IMG/VR virus record: IMGVR_UViG_3300017740_000057
Span: 1-27,644 of that record
Direction: 5' to 3' (one strand)
Origin: a virus
Taxonomy: Duplodnaviria > Caudoviricetes
DNA: 27,644 nucleotides
Of this stretch, positions 8,644 through 19,438 are shown one piece after another. The position numbers and the translations under genes were made by a program. A model generated the notes under the pieces. That model had not been told where the DNA came from and made no database searches. It saw only the letters and a list, made by a program, of their open reading frames with translations. Position 1 is the stretch's first letter; every line of letters begins with the position of its first letter.

Positions 8644-8873
8644 GTAGAGTAAGCGACCCTTTAATAAAAATGGAATTTGAAGAACTAGAAAAAAGACTAG
8701 ATATTTTAGAACAAAGCATTGTAAACAATAGAAGTAACTCTTCAGATAAAAATGAAACTTTACAATTAGGTACATATAGAGTACTTAAAGAAGAGAGCAA
8801 ATATTATATTGAATTTAAACACAAAGATGGTTGGGTTAGGTCTAATGCATCTAATTTTACATTAAGAGGTTAA
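8640..8873 (+). CDS. Hypothetical virion-associated protein
   Basis: 77 aa ORF, ATGA overlap with the tail gene; short coiled coil plus beta hairpin. Confidence 0.65.
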   Translation: MSRVSDPLIKMEFEELEKRLDILEQSIVNNRSNSSDKNETLQLGTYRVLKEESKYYIEFKHKDGWVRSNASNFTLRG

Positions 8874-8874
8874 T

Positions 8875-9402
8875 ATGTTAGGTGGAATGATAGATTTTTT
8901 AATGGGCAATCCTAGTGCTAGTAAACTACAAAGCACAGTTGGTAAAGGCATGGAACAATACATAGGTGGTATTCAGGGAATGGGTACACAACTTGGTGAT
9001 TATGCAAATCAAGCTATGAATTTTCAAAGTGGTCAAAATCAAGCACAGAGACAAATGCTACAAGACCAAGCTAGTAGAGCTAGTGCAATGGGTGGTATGC
9101 AAGCACAAAGAATGGCGGCTCAACAAGGCATGGGTGGCTCTGGTTTATTGCAACAAGCTCAAGCAAACCAAGCTTATCAAAACATGATGGGCGCTGGAAC
9201 CGCAGGATTAAAAGGATTCTTAGACCAACAAAGATTAGGCGCAGGCTATCTTGGTCAAGCTAGTAATATACTTGGTCAAGCAGGTGAAATGCAAAGTCAA
9301 TTAAATGTAAGTAACGCTAATATATTACAGCAACAAGCTAGAGATAGAGGTCAGTTTATGCAATCATTATTAGGTAGTGCTATTTCATCAGGAGGGCAAT
9401 AG
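8875..9402 (+). CDS. Putative small ejection/internal virion protein
   Basis: Very Q/G/A/M-rich, predicted helical; position matches the first ejection gene of podoviruses. Confidence 0.6.
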   Translation: MLGGMIDFLMGNPSASKLQSTVGKGMEQYIGGIQGMGTQLGDYANQAMNFQSGQNQAQRQMLQDQASRASAMGGMQAQRMAAQQGMGGSGLLQQAQANQAYQNMMGAGTAGLKGFLDQQRLGAGYLGQASNILGQAGEMQSQLNVSNANILQQQARDRGQFMQSLLGSAISSGGQ

Positions 9403-9404
9403 TA

Positions 9405-10454
9405 ATGGCTATATTTGACCCATCAAGACAAGGACAGACTCAACCAAATGCTTTATTTCAAGCATTAAATGAAAGAATTAGAAGAGAACAAGAAGTAAGA
9501 CAAGTACAAAGACAGCAAGATGCATTAAAGACCCTTAGGGGACAAGGTTTATTAGGCATTCAGTCTCAAGATTTATTTAACCCTAACACTGGTAAATTAG
9601 ATTTAAGTTCTGGTGATGCAATGTCAGTTTCTGAACATTACAAAGCATTGAGCACTCAACTAGGTGAAAAAGGATTAAAAAAAGTATTTGGCAGAACTGC
9701 TACTGCTGATGATGTAAAAGAATTTATTAAAGGTGAAAGTAAAAAAAGAGATTTAAAAGTATTAAACGCTCTTGATTTAAGAATGAAAGAACTTGGTACT
9801 GAAAATATATATAAAGTAATAGAAAAAGGTGACGCATCTTTTGAAGACTGGTATAATTCAACAGACCAAGAAACTAAATTAAAGCTATTAGAAGCTGGAT
9901 ATAATCCTAAATTAAAAGAAGGCTTTGGTACCTTAGCAATGGAAAGAAGGAGAGCTCAGGGTAAATTTCCAATAGGCCTTGGAGAAGTAGCTCAAGGTGC
10001 TGGTTTAATAGGCGCATCTGCTTTAGGAAGTAGATTTATACCTGAAGGTGTTAAAACAAAAGCTGGTGAAATAACTAGAGGTATAAAAGCAAAAACAGGG
10101 TTTGGCCCATTACAACTTACTGAAGGTAGGGCAAATATAGACCTTGCTAAAATAAATAGAGATTTAGAGTCTGGAAAAATATCTGGAGCAGAAGCTAAAA
10201 AATTATCTAAAACTCCCGTATCTAAAATGTCTAAATTACAAAAAACAAGATATATGATTAGTAAGTTAGCAGATAAAAAATCTAGAAGCTCTATGCTTAG
10301 TTTAATAAAAAAGAAAGCCGGTTCTAAGATTGCAACACGAATAGGCACTGGTATAGCTGGTTCTGCAATACCTTATGCAGGGTTATTAAGTGCAGGATTG
10401 ACTGCTTACACCTTATATGATTTAGCTGACTCCGTGTTAGATAATGAAAAATAA
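9405..10454 (+). CDS. Putative ejection/internal virion protein
   Basis: Helical; Gly/Ala-rich hydrophobic stretches (GLGEVAQGAGLIGASALG; IGTGIAGSAIPYAGLLSAGLTAYTLY); TAATG-coupled to the giant gene. Confidence 0.55.
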   Translation: MAIFDPSRQGQTQPNALFQALNERIRREQEVRQVQRQQDALKTLRGQGLLGIQSQDLFNPNTGKLDLSSGDAMSVSEHYKALSTQLGEKGLKKVFGRTATADDVKEFIKGESKKRDLKVLNALDLRMKELGTENIYKVIEKGDASFEDWYNSTDQETKLKLLEAGYNPKLKEGFGTLAMERRRAQGKFPIGLGEVAQGAGLIGASALGSRFIPEGVKTKAGEITRGIKAKTGFGPLQLTEGRANIDLAKINRDLESGKISGAEAKKLSKTPVSKMSKLQKTRYMISKLADKKSRSSMLSLIKKKAGSKIATRIGTGIAGSAIPYAGLLSAGLTAYTLYDLADSVLDNEK

Positions 10455-13400
10455 TGGCAAGACTAGGATTTCAACCTACTCTAGACCAAAATACTACTAA
10501 TCAACTTCTAGAGCAGTATAAACAACAACCTGATAAATTTGACTACGACCAGTCAAACTTACTCAGAGACCACGCAAATCACTATAAAATACAATCTCCT
10601 GATATACAATTAGCAGAGACTTCTTTTGGTAGTTTGTTATCGCAAGCTGGTAAAGGATTTATACATGGTTTTACTACACTTGATATTGACCACGGTAAAA
10701 CTGAAGGACAACCAAATACATCATGGGAAAGAATAGCTAGAAGCTTAGGTCACCTTGCAGGTTTTGTGGGATATATACCCGGTGGCAGTATAGTTAAGTT
10801 AGCAGGGGCTAAAACTATTGGTAACTTAATGATGCAAGCTAAAGGCAAATCTGTTCCTTTGCTTGTTGCAGGTGCTAGTACTAAGGGTATAACAAATATA
10901 GCAAAGCAGTTTGGTAAGCGTGGCACAGATGCTAAGGCTGATGCGGTTAATTCCGTTACAAAGTTTTTATCCACACCAACTGGAGACGCTGTAGAAGGTG
11001 CAGTTAATTTAGGTATTGCTAGCGGTGTAAGCTCTTGGCAAGAAGGAATAGGTGCAGTAGCTGACTCTATGTTTGGTGGTGCAATATTTGGTGCAGGATT
11101 TAGAGCTATTGGTAATTTAGTAAAAGTACCCGGAGCTAAGCCTGTTATCCCCGGAACTCCTTTAAAAGAATTAACTAAAGAACAAGTAAATGAGAAAGCA
11201 CTGCGTGGCATAGCTGGTGCGTTAATGCAAGGATTACCTACTACACAGCGTGGAGCTACTACAGAAGAGCAAATATACGACTATTTATTAGGTGCTTTTT
11301 TTGGTAGCAATGAAATGAGTGTTAAGAATAGAAGAGCACTTGACCATATAAAGAAAATGAAAACTGAGTACAAAGATGCTGAAACTGGCACTATTGGTAC
11401 TGAAGTCCCTGAAATAGTAGATGGTTGGCAAGATTTAGATAGAGCAAGTCGTAAAGTTGTAAAAGACATGGTAGAGACTGAAATATCTCAAGGAGGCGGT
11501 TTATCATATATAGTAGCTAGAGACTTGATGAATAAGTCAAAAGCAATTAAAGAAGCTGAGGGAATGGCTAAAGAGATATATGAAGGAGAACCTGTAGAAA
11601 GAATTAAAAGACCTGAAGAAGAACTTACAGTTAGTAGAGATAGAGGCAATGACGGAGAAACTAGCCCTGAATTAGCAGATATAAGCACTCCATATGAAGC
11701 TTTGTTCACAAAGACTAAGTATTATGTTAAAAGCTATTTAGAAGAGCAGTATAAAGGTTTATCAGACCCTAAAGCTGAAATGGAAAATATATGGAGAACT
11801 GTTAATAGAAAATGGAACGATACAGTGCAGGAGCAATTAGCACTCCCAGAAAGACCTAATCCTGCAGGCGAAATGATAAATTGGTTAAATACTGTATATA
11901 AAAGAGGTATTGTTCCTGATACTCCAGAATATCAATTTTGGGTTAAATGGGGTCAAGCTAGAAAACACACTAAACCAGTAGCAGTTGGTTCTATTGCTGT
12001 AGATATTAACACAGTAAAACAAGAAGGTCAAAGACCTAGTTCTCAAGTTCAATTAATAAACCCCGAGTTAGAAGCTCGAGCTATAAATTTAGCAGGTAAT
12101 AGTAAAGAATTAAGAGAACCTACTAAAATAATAGAAGATGAATACATTAGAGCATTTGCTGAAGAAAATAAAGGCATTGAACCAGATGTAAGAAAAGAAC
12201 CTGTTTATGTAGCAGTTGACCATTTTGTAACTAATGTTCCAAATAATGGTAAGTATTTTTCAGAAAGAAGCTTTTCTCAAATGAAACGAGACCTTAAGCA
12301 AGAAGTTGAATATGATGCAGTAATTATGGAAGGTGAGGGAATATTTGGGACAGGTAAGAAAAAGGATATAGAAGCTACTAAAAAAAGATTTATTCAAAAT
12401 ACTACAGAAAAACGATACAATGATATGATAACTCGTAGTATTAAACAAATGAATGAAAGAAGTTATTACTATCTTGGTGGTAGAGGTGACGCAGAAAGGT
12501 TATATTTTGTAAAAGCTAGCCCTAAGTTAAAATCTAGCATGAAATTAAAACTTAAAGACGGTAAAGAAGTTATTTATGGTAGAAAAGATATTGTTAAAGA
12601 ATTTTTATCTAGTTTAAAAAAATTAGACCCAGAGTCTAGTAAAGAATACAGATTAGAAAAAGATAGGTATGTAAAATTTACAAAAGGCATAATGAAAGAA
12701 GCTGAAGCTAAAGAAATTTTTGAAACTACATACTTAAACAATCTTTTATATGACCTTGGAATGAATGGACTTGATTTAAGCGTTAATAGTTTTAATAAAC
12801 TTAATGCGCCTAATATGATAAAAGACGCTAAAGCTTTTAATAAAAGAAGTCAAATATGGTTTACTAATGGGTTACCATCTGACCCTAATTATATTAAAAA
12901 AGAATTAAAGTTTAGACATGGGTTTGATATTGAAGATACTGGATACAAAGCAGTAATAATAAAAGACCCATCAAAAGAAACCAATCTTAATAGTAAAGCT
13001 AGTGATTATGTCCATACAGTAGACGGTGAGATAGTAGTACTTCCTGAAATAGTAGAGGCTCATAACATAGAAATGGGACTACCAACTAGTGGTAATGTTA
13101 ACAAGTCTTTTATTGTGTCAAAAAACCCTGAGTATGGAGCTATGTTGGGTAAGTATCAGTTCAAAGGTGCTCACGCAGAATTAGCAGATGCTATGCGCAA
13201 GGAAGGTATTCATATGATTGTACCTGAATCGGCCGCTAAACAATACGGGGGAAGAAAAGACTATCAAGAATGGGATTGGAATAATGGTAGGGTAAGATTT
13301 AAAGAAACTGATGGTAGTTTTATAACAAAACCTGTATTGCACGATTTACCCATACAAGACATTAGAACTGTTCCGTCAGAAATAACAAGTGAAAAGTATA

Positions 13401-16400
13401 CTAAGCCACAAAGACTACCAAAGCAAATGCAGAGTAATCTTACTCCATTTGGATTTAAAAAGATAGAACAAAAAGTAATTGATAATATCTTTAATGAAGT
13501 ATCTGAACGCTCTTTTAAAGGTGAAGAACTTTGGAATAAAGAAGCGGATAAATTACTTGCTGAACCAATGAATGAAAAGTTAGAAGACAGAATAATAGCT
13601 AATATAGAAGATGTTGGTGTGCAGAAACTATTAAGTTTAATGTCTAATACTAAAAATGAATCATTTGCTATAAAAGCCTATAAAAAGATACTTAAAATTA
13701 ATGAAGAAGTAACATCTGAATTAATGGAAGAGGGTGAAATAAGTAGTCGTGATGCTAATTTAATGAAGCTTGATGCTATGGAATGGACTAGTACATTTGA
13801 AAGAATGACTCAGTTAAAACCTAATTCACTTATTCCTTTATTACATAAGGTTGGAAATCAATATAGGCAATCAGCTATGCGTAATTATATTATGGCGCAA
13901 ATAGTTAAACCAAGAATTAAGAATAGCGTAGCTACTAGGATGACTGGGTATGACCCCTATGTAAGGACTCTTAAAAACAAGTATGGTGATTTAACATTAC
14001 TTGAAAAGAATGATAGTATATTTTTCTTAGATGAAGGACATAGAGAGACTAAAATCTATATGGATAATGGTCAACAAAGAAAACTTGGCGAATTATGGAA
14101 TGAGTATGTAGATAGAAAGTCTACAATGGATAAAAACACTAAAGAAATGTATGAGAATATATTTGAAGGAGTAGGTGTACGAGTTCCTATGGATTCTTTA
14201 AGCGGTGCTCATAAGCTTGCATTTGCTGGTTTTACAAGTAGAAAAGGCTATGGTAGTATACTACATCCAAGAACAATGGAAGCTTTGGGAGGGGCTGATT
14301 TAGACGGTGATAAAGCTACTATATTTTTTGGTGGCGAAAAAAGTGGTTTTAGAAAAGACTGGAGAGATGCTTACGGCAAACAAAAAGAAGAATTTTACAC
14401 TAAAGATAAAGATGGGAATCCTATAGTAAGTTTTAATAAACCCGATGATATGAGAAAAATGTTTGCTGAGAGTAATCCGGAAACATTAAAAAGAATTAAA
14501 AGCCCTACTTTAAGATATAGTCCTCTTATGAGAATGCAGGCTAGTAAAGGCGCTTATGAAGGAAGAGCGATGTTAGGCCCTGCTGTTGTAAATAGAGCAA
14601 CAGTACTTGCTACTTATAACCATATTCGTAGTCACTTAGAAGCTAATAATTTAAAAGAACTTAAAATAGATTTAGGCAGGGGTAATTTTGGAATTATAAC
14701 TCCTAAAACAAGTCAAAAAGATTTAGCAGAGTTTAGAAAAAGAGCTAGAGCTAGTGTTGCTTTAGCATCTGACCCTATGGATGAAGCAGGTTTAAAGAAT
14801 ATGGAAGTTTTCTTTGATAGGGTTTATGAGAGTTTATTTGATGTAACTATGTTTTACCCTAAAAAAGAAGGTAAGGGTTATTGGAAATTTAAAAACGAAG
14901 ATGTACAGGCAAATCAAAAGCGTAAAATGGTACTAAGTATTATGAGTGGTATAAATAGCGCAGGGTTTGGTAGGAATTTAAGAACACATAGAATGTATAC
15001 ATATCCTGAATTTAAAGATAGGATGGTTCAAAGTGAAAATCTTCCACCTGTTGGTAAAAATAAAAGAACAGATGTTACTTTTTATGGTAAAGTTGCCAAG
15101 TTAGTTACACCTATTGATTGGACTGACTCATTTTTACATAGAGTAGAACAGGGTAAGCTAGATACTTGGTATAGAGATTTAAACGAAACTTTAAAAACAC
15201 CTGAGTATACAGAGATTAAAGATGTACTTGGAAGGCAAAGTTTAGTAGTTGGTATGCAAAGACCTATACAAATAGTAAGAGGTAATAAGCTATGGGATTA
15301 TGAAGCTAGGTCTAGAATTATAGATAATGATGCTGAGTACAATAGATTAATAACGAGTAATCCTGACTTATTTTTATCAAAAATTAGAAGTTTGTATAAT
15401 AGCAATCCTCATAATGATTTGTTTTTTCCTACTACTAGAGATAAAAGAAGAGACTATGTAAATGATTTTTTATCATTACAAAAAGACTATAATAAAAGAC
15501 TTGATTTAAATCAAAATCTTACTCAATCTGATATTAATAAAATGCTACCTGAGATGTTAAGAAGCAGAAGTGACAAAGCTAGTGTTATTGATAACTTAGT
15601 TCGTCAAGCATCTGAGTATGTATCTGAAGATATGGGTGACGCTAGTAGTATAAAACTTATAAATGAAGTATGGCGTAAAGATGCAATAAGTAAAGAGGAA
15701 TTTAGTAATATAGCTAGACTTGCTGAAGAAAAAGCTAATATAAAAAGTAGATTAGATAAAGAAAGGCAAGCCGTAGATGAACTTGAAAGAATGGATTTAT
15801 CTGATGCAGAAAAAAACAGGCTTTTAGAGATAGAAAGAACCAGTGCTGGTGAAAAAACATCTGCAGAGCTTGACCAAAGACAGGTAGATAGCATGATTGC
15901 TATAGATAAACAAGGAAAGCCACAAGCTTGGCAAGACCTTTATGATGCTTTACTTATTAGTAGCTGGCAAAAAGGAGACCCTGCTTTTGTTAAAAAATTA
16001 GAAACAGGTATAAATAAAATGCCTGCGGGTAGGTCAAAGAATCAAGCATTAAGATATTTAGAAGCTAGAAAAAAGATGCTAAACAATACTAAGTTTAGTA
16101 AGGTTGGGTTTGCATCTAAAGAAGTAAGTGATTACATAATACGCAGACAGCTCGATATCATGGACGAAGCATTTAATAAAATGAAACCTGATAAGTTACC
16201 TATAGAATCAGCTGATAAAATAGTAGATAATTTTGAAGCAGAATCTCAAAAACAACCTTTGTTTGATAAAAACGGTAAAAGAACACAGGGTTTAGCTATT
16301 AATTCTAGGGATTACAGTCCAAAAACTAATAAATATTTAGATGAATACGCTCCATTTAAAGGCCTTAAAGAAGGTAAATTAAATAAAACAATGGTAAAGG

Positions 16401-19400
16401 TCTATAATGATTTAAGAGACCATATAGATTATTACGGCCCTAAAACTGCAGAAAATTTAAATTACATTGTAAGAGATATGATTAATAAAGATATTAATAC
16501 AATGAACGCTACTGATTGGAAAATTGTAAATAATATATTTAAAAGCCATAGAGATGGTACTTGGTTTCAAAGAACTTTTGCAAAAGTAGAAGGAAAATTT
16601 CCTAAATTAGCTAAAAGATTTTATCATATGTTTCCTGAAGCTATTGAAAGAGACATAATGAGGCATGAAATAGAATGGAACGATTCAGAAACTATATTTA
16701 AAGATAAGTATGGTAACTGGGTTACGGGTAAATCTAAATCAGCTCAAGGGTGGATGGGTGAAATACAAAATCATATATACCTATCTCAAGAACTTGGTAC
16801 TATGCAAGGCCAAAGAGAAGAGCGCAAATGGGGTGAAGCTACTGAAAAATATATGAATACTGAGTTAGGTGAAAACTTGTGGTGGTATGCTATGGCTGAT
16901 GCAGAAGCAAAGTTTGAAATCCCAAGATTAAGGCAAAAAGCTAAAGATGGAGATGCTATATCAGAAAGTTATGCACAAACATATGAAAACAGATTAAAAG
17001 AATGGACTGAAAAAGTAGAATGGGATAAAAATAGAGAAAAATTACTAACTATGGTAGGGGGTGAAAGAAAACCTGCATTTGAAGTTGTTAGAGAAATACA
17101 AGATTTAGTAGCAGTTAAAAATCAAGAAAACTGGGTTAAACTAACAGGAGATGTAGACTTTGTAAATAGTTTTGCTAATAAAGATGGTAGAGGTAATGTA
17201 GAATATATAGAAGGCGTTGATGCTAGTGGGAATAGATATAAAACAGAGATACCTCTTTTTAACAGAAAAAAAGTAATTGATTTCTTTTTAGACCATATGA
17301 AACATGGTAAAGCTATGCCTGAAGATAAAATTGGCATAGATGGTATGCGTAAAATTATATTAAGTTTTCAGATACAACAGTTAAGAAATGCAGAAAGACA
17401 AGCTGGAGACAGGAATCCAATAAGGAAAACCTTAAGAAATGGAGCCAGTTCTGCATTAACAAGAATGCCACTACAAAAAACAGGCAAACTAGGCTTTGAA
17501 GGGTATGTAAAAGATAAAAAAGCATTATTTGGTTATTTTCCACATGTGTCTAAAATGTTTGAAAGAGGCATTGTTACGGGTGATTTACGAAAAAAAATTA
17601 AAATGATTTGGGAAAGCAATTTACCTGAAGCTGAAAAGAAAGAAAAAATTGCTAAAGTTTATATGCAAACTAAACAGCTTAGTGGTGATTTTGTAGAAAT
17701 GGATGTACAAAATGAAGCTTGGGAAACTGTAACAGATGCTATTGTTAAATATCAAGGTAAAAAAGATTTAAAAGAACAGATAACTTGGTTTGAAAATACA
17801 GGTAAAATAGGTAGTCAATTTTCAAGAGAAAATCATATTGATGGTTGGAATTTAAGTCCAGAAGCTTATCTTGAATATAGCAATAGTATTAACAGGATGT
17901 TATATAGACAAGTAGGTCAGCTTATGGCTAGAGAAACTATCGTTAAGTTTGCTGATAAACATAGAGATATGCCTGCAGAATTAAAAAGTAATTGGATGAA
18001 TTTCTTTAAACTTTATAGTCAACAAGCTTTAGGATTTCCTAGTATTATACCTACACAGCTTTATGAAAACAAAAATATGAATATTAAAGGCACACTTTAT
18101 AGTGCTTTTGCTGATAACATGGTAGCACAAAGGTTTGATAAAATAGCTAAAAAGTTAAATTTAGTAGGTAAAGATTTACCACCTGAGTTAAAAGACTTAG
18201 GTCGTATAGATGCACAAACTGTAATAAATATAGGTAATGCAGAAGCTAAGTATTCATTAGCTACATTACTTGCTCACCCTAAGTCAAGTGTTGGTAACTA
18301 TTTAGGTGGTACGCAAATGACTGTTGTTAATGCAGGGTGGAATAACTTTAGGAAAGCTAAAGATTTAGATTTTTTAAGAAGGAATATTGATAGCAAATTT
18401 AAAACTTGGAACGATGTTAATACTTGGGTTAGAGAGCTAGGCATCATTGAAGAATTTATAATTCGTGAAGTAGGTGCCAACCCAAGGTTAACTGGGGCTA
18501 AATTTAATTCCTTCTTAAAAGATTTTAAACAAGCTGTTAAAAAAGACCCTGATTTACCCGATGTAAAGTTTAGAGACTTGGGCAAAAAACATGGAATAAG
18601 TCAAGGAATGATGGATGTAGCTGGCAAATTTATGTCAATGCCAGAAAGAGCATTGCGTAGAGATTCATTTATAGCTCACTATATACAAGCAAAAAATAAA
18701 CTTGGCGGTAGAATACTAGAAAGAGACCATCCTTTTTTAATAGAACTTGGTAAAAGAGGGGTTAAAGCTACTCAATTTTTATATAGCGTTCCATTTAGAC
18801 CTTTATTTGCAGGTACTGCTATGGGTAAGGTAATGACTAGGTTTCAATTATGGGCTTGGAATAGTGTAAGGTTTAGAAATAAGATTTTAAAGGAAGCTAG
18901 TATATATGGTGTAGACCCAAATAGTCAACAATATGAGCGTTTTAAAAGGCTTATGATGGCTGACATGGTGTCTTTAGCACTTGGTTCAATGTTTATGTAT
19001 TCATTATTTGGTTCACAAATGCCACAACCCTATGCTTGGTTTCAAGATTTATCTGACTGGGTATTTGGAAATGAAAAAGAAAGAGACAGAGCTTTTTTTG
19101 GTTCTTATCCAACTGCCCTTGCTCCTTTACAACTTATTACGCCTCCATCATTTAGGTTATCAGGGCCTATACTTAATGGTTTTATTAACGATGATTGGGA
19201 AAAGATGGGTAATTATTACGCTTGGACAATGTTTCCATTTGGAAGATTAGCAAGAGACCTTGTTGGCCCGGGTGGTTTAACAGATAATCCTTACTATGGT
19301 ATAGATAAATTAACAGGTATACCAGTAGTAAGTGCAAAAAGATTAAGTGTAAAAGAAAAGGAAAAAGAAGAAAAAGGTGAAGAATCTTGGTCTCCTCCCG

Positions 19401-19438
19401 GAACTAAAGCATCTGATTTATTTGCTGGAATAATGTAA
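10454..19438 (+). CDS. Giant virion protein containing a double-psi beta-barrel RNA polymerase (putative virion RNAP)
   Basis: 2994 aa. LGGADLDGDKA (DLDGD at nt 14297-14311, aa 1282-1286) is preceded by RVP (14180). Upstream motifs VDGEIVV (13022), GKYQFK (13148), ESAAK (13226), LPKQM. Ejection-protein-like N- and C-termini. Confidence 0.85.
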   Translation: MARLGFQPTLDQNTTNQLLEQYKQQPDKFDYDQSNLLRDHANHYKIQSPDIQLAETSFGSLLSQAGKGFIHGFTTLDIDHGKTEGQPNTSWERIARSLGHLAGFVGYIPGGSIVKLAGAKTIGNLMMQAKGKSVPLLVAGASTKGITNIAKQFGKRGTDAKADAVNSVTKFLSTPTGDAVEGAVNLGIASGVSSWQEGIGAVADSMFGGAIFGAGFRAIGNLVKVPGAKPVIPGTPLKELTKEQVNEKALRGIAGALMQGLPTTQRGATTEEQIYDYLLGAFFGSNEMSVKNRRALDHIKKMKTEYKDAETGTIGTEVPEIVDGWQDLDRASRKVVKDMVETEISQGGGLSYIVARDLMNKSKAIKEAEGMAKEIYEGEPVERIKRPEEELTVSRDRGNDGETSPELADISTPYEALFTKTKYYVKSYLEEQYKGLSDPKAEMENIWRTVNRKWNDTVQEQLALPERPNPAGEMINWLNTVYKRGIVPDTPEYQFWVKWGQARKHTKPVAVGSIAVDINTVKQEGQRPSSQVQLINPELEARAINLAGNSKELREPTKIIEDEYIRAFAEENKGIEPDVRKEPVYVAVDHFVTNVPNNGKYFSERSFSQMKRDLKQEVEYDAVIMEGEGIFGTGKKKDIEATKKRFIQNTTEKRYNDMITRSIKQMNERSYYYLGGRGDAERLYFVKASPKLKSSMKLKLKDGKEVIYGRKDIVKEFLSSLKKLDPESSKEYRLEKDRYVKFTKGIMKEAEAKEIFETTYLNNLLYDLGMNGLDLSVNSFNKLNAPNMIKDAKAFNKRSQIWFTNGLPSDPNYIKKELKFRHGFDIEDTGYKAVIIKDPSKETNLNSKASDYVHTVDGEIVVLPEIVEAHNIEMGLPTSGNVNKSFIVSKNPEYGAMLGKYQFKGAHAELADAMRKEGIHMIVPESAAKQYGGRKDYQEWDWNNGRVRFKETDGSFITKPVLHDLPIQDIRTVPSEITSEKYTKPQRLPKQMQSNLTPFGFKKIEQKVIDNIFNEVSERSFKGEELWNKEADKLLAEPMNEKLEDRIIANIEDVGVQKLLSLMSNTKNESFAIKAYKKILKINEEVTSELMEEGEISSRDANLMKLDAMEWTSTFERMTQLKPNSLIPLLHKVGNQYRQSAMRNYIMAQIVKPRIKNSVATRMTGYDPYVRTLKNKYGDLTLLEKNDSIFFLDEGHRETKIYMDNGQQRKLGELWNEYVDRKSTMDKNTKEMYENIFEGVGVRVPMDSLSGAHKLAFAGFTSRKGYGSILHPRTMEALGGADLDGDKATIFFGGEKSGFRKDWRDAYGKQKEEFYTKDKDGNPIVSFNKPDDMRKMFAESNPETLKRIKSPTLRYSPLMRMQASKGAYEGRAMLGPAVVNRATVLATYNHIRSHLEANNLKELKIDLGRGNFGIITPKTSQKDLAEFRKRARASVALASDPMDEAGLKNMEVFFDRVYESLFDVTMFYPKKEGKGYWKFKNEDVQANQKRKMVLSIMSGINSAGFGRNLRTHRMYTYPEFKDRMVQSENLPPVGKNKRTDVTFYGKVAKLVTPIDWTDSFLHRVEQGKLDTWYRDLNETLKTPEYTEIKDVLGRQSLVVGMQRPIQIVRGNKLWDYEARSRIIDNDAEYNRLITSNPDLFLSKIRSLYNSNPHNDLFFPTTRDKRRDYVNDFLSLQKDYNKRLDLNQNLTQSDINKMLPEMLRSRSDKASVIDNLVRQASEYVSEDMGDASSIKLINEVWRKDAISKEEFSNIARLAEEKANIKSRLDKERQAVDELERMDLSDAEKNRLLEIERTSAGEKTSAELDQRQVDSMIAIDKQGKPQAWQDLYDALLISSWQKGDPAFVKKLETGINKMPAGRSKNQALRYLEARKKMLNNTKFSKVGFASKEVSDYIIRRQLDIMDEAFNKMKPDKLPIESADKIVDNFEAESQKQPLFDKNGKRTQGLAINSRDYSPKTNKYLDEYAPFKGLKEGKLNKTMVKVYNDLRDHIDYYGPKTAENLNYIVRDMINKDINTMNATDWKIVNNIFKSHRDGTWFQRTFAKVEGKFPKLAKRFYHMFPEAIERDIMRHEIEWNDSETIFKDKYGNWVTGKSKSAQGWMGEIQNHIYLSQELGTMQGQREERKWGEATEKYMNTELGENLWWYAMADAEAKFEIPRLRQKAKDGDAISESYAQTYENRLKEWTEKVEWDKNREKLLTMVGGERKPAFEVVREIQDLVAVKNQENWVKLTGDVDFVNSFANKDGRGNVEYIEGVDASGNRYKTEIPLFNRKKVIDFFLDHMKHGKAMPEDKIGIDGMRKIILSFQIQQLRNAERQAGDRNPIRKTLRNGASSALTRMPLQKTGKLGFEGYVKDKKALFGYFPHVSKMFERGIVTGDLRKKIKMIWESNLPEAEKKEKIAKVYMQTKQLSGDFVEMDVQNEAWETVTDAIVKYQGKKDLKEQITWFENTGKIGSQFSRENHIDGWNLSPEAYLEYSNSINRMLYRQVGQLMARETIVKFADKHRDMPAELKSNWMNFFKLYSQQALGFPSIIPTQLYENKNMNIKGTLYSAFADNMVAQRFDKIAKKLNLVGKDLPPELKDLGRIDAQTVINIGNAEAKYSLATLLAHPKSSVGNYLGGTQMTVVNAGWNNFRKAKDLDFLRRNIDSKFKTWNDVNTWVRELGIIEEFIIREVGANPRLTGAKFNSFLKDFKQAVKKDPDLPDVKFRDLGKKHGISQGMMDVAGKFMSMPERALRRDSFIAHYIQAKNKLGGRILERDHPFLIELGKRGVKATQFLYSVPFRPLFAGTAMGKVMTRFQLWAWNSVRFRNKILKEASIYGVDPNSQQYERFKRLMMADMVSLALGSMFMYSLFGSQMPQPYAWFQDLSDWVFGNEKERDRAFFGSYPTALAPLQLITPPSFRLSGPILNGFINDDWEKMGNYYAWTMFPFGRLARDLVGPGGLTDNPYYGIDKLTGIPVVSAKRLSVKEKEKEEKGEESWSPPGTKASDLFAGIM

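Noticed and set aside
16660-16680. Zincin HExxH protease motif in the giant protein, as in some crAss-like RNAP proteins
   Set aside because: The sequence is HEIEW; the second His is missing.
700-18585. Minus-strand ORFs within the + block (e.g. 700-954, 2231-2542, 9992-10348, 10750-11211, 15604-15894, 18298-18585)
   Set aside because: Antisense shadows of well-supported, coupled + strand genes, with no motifs.
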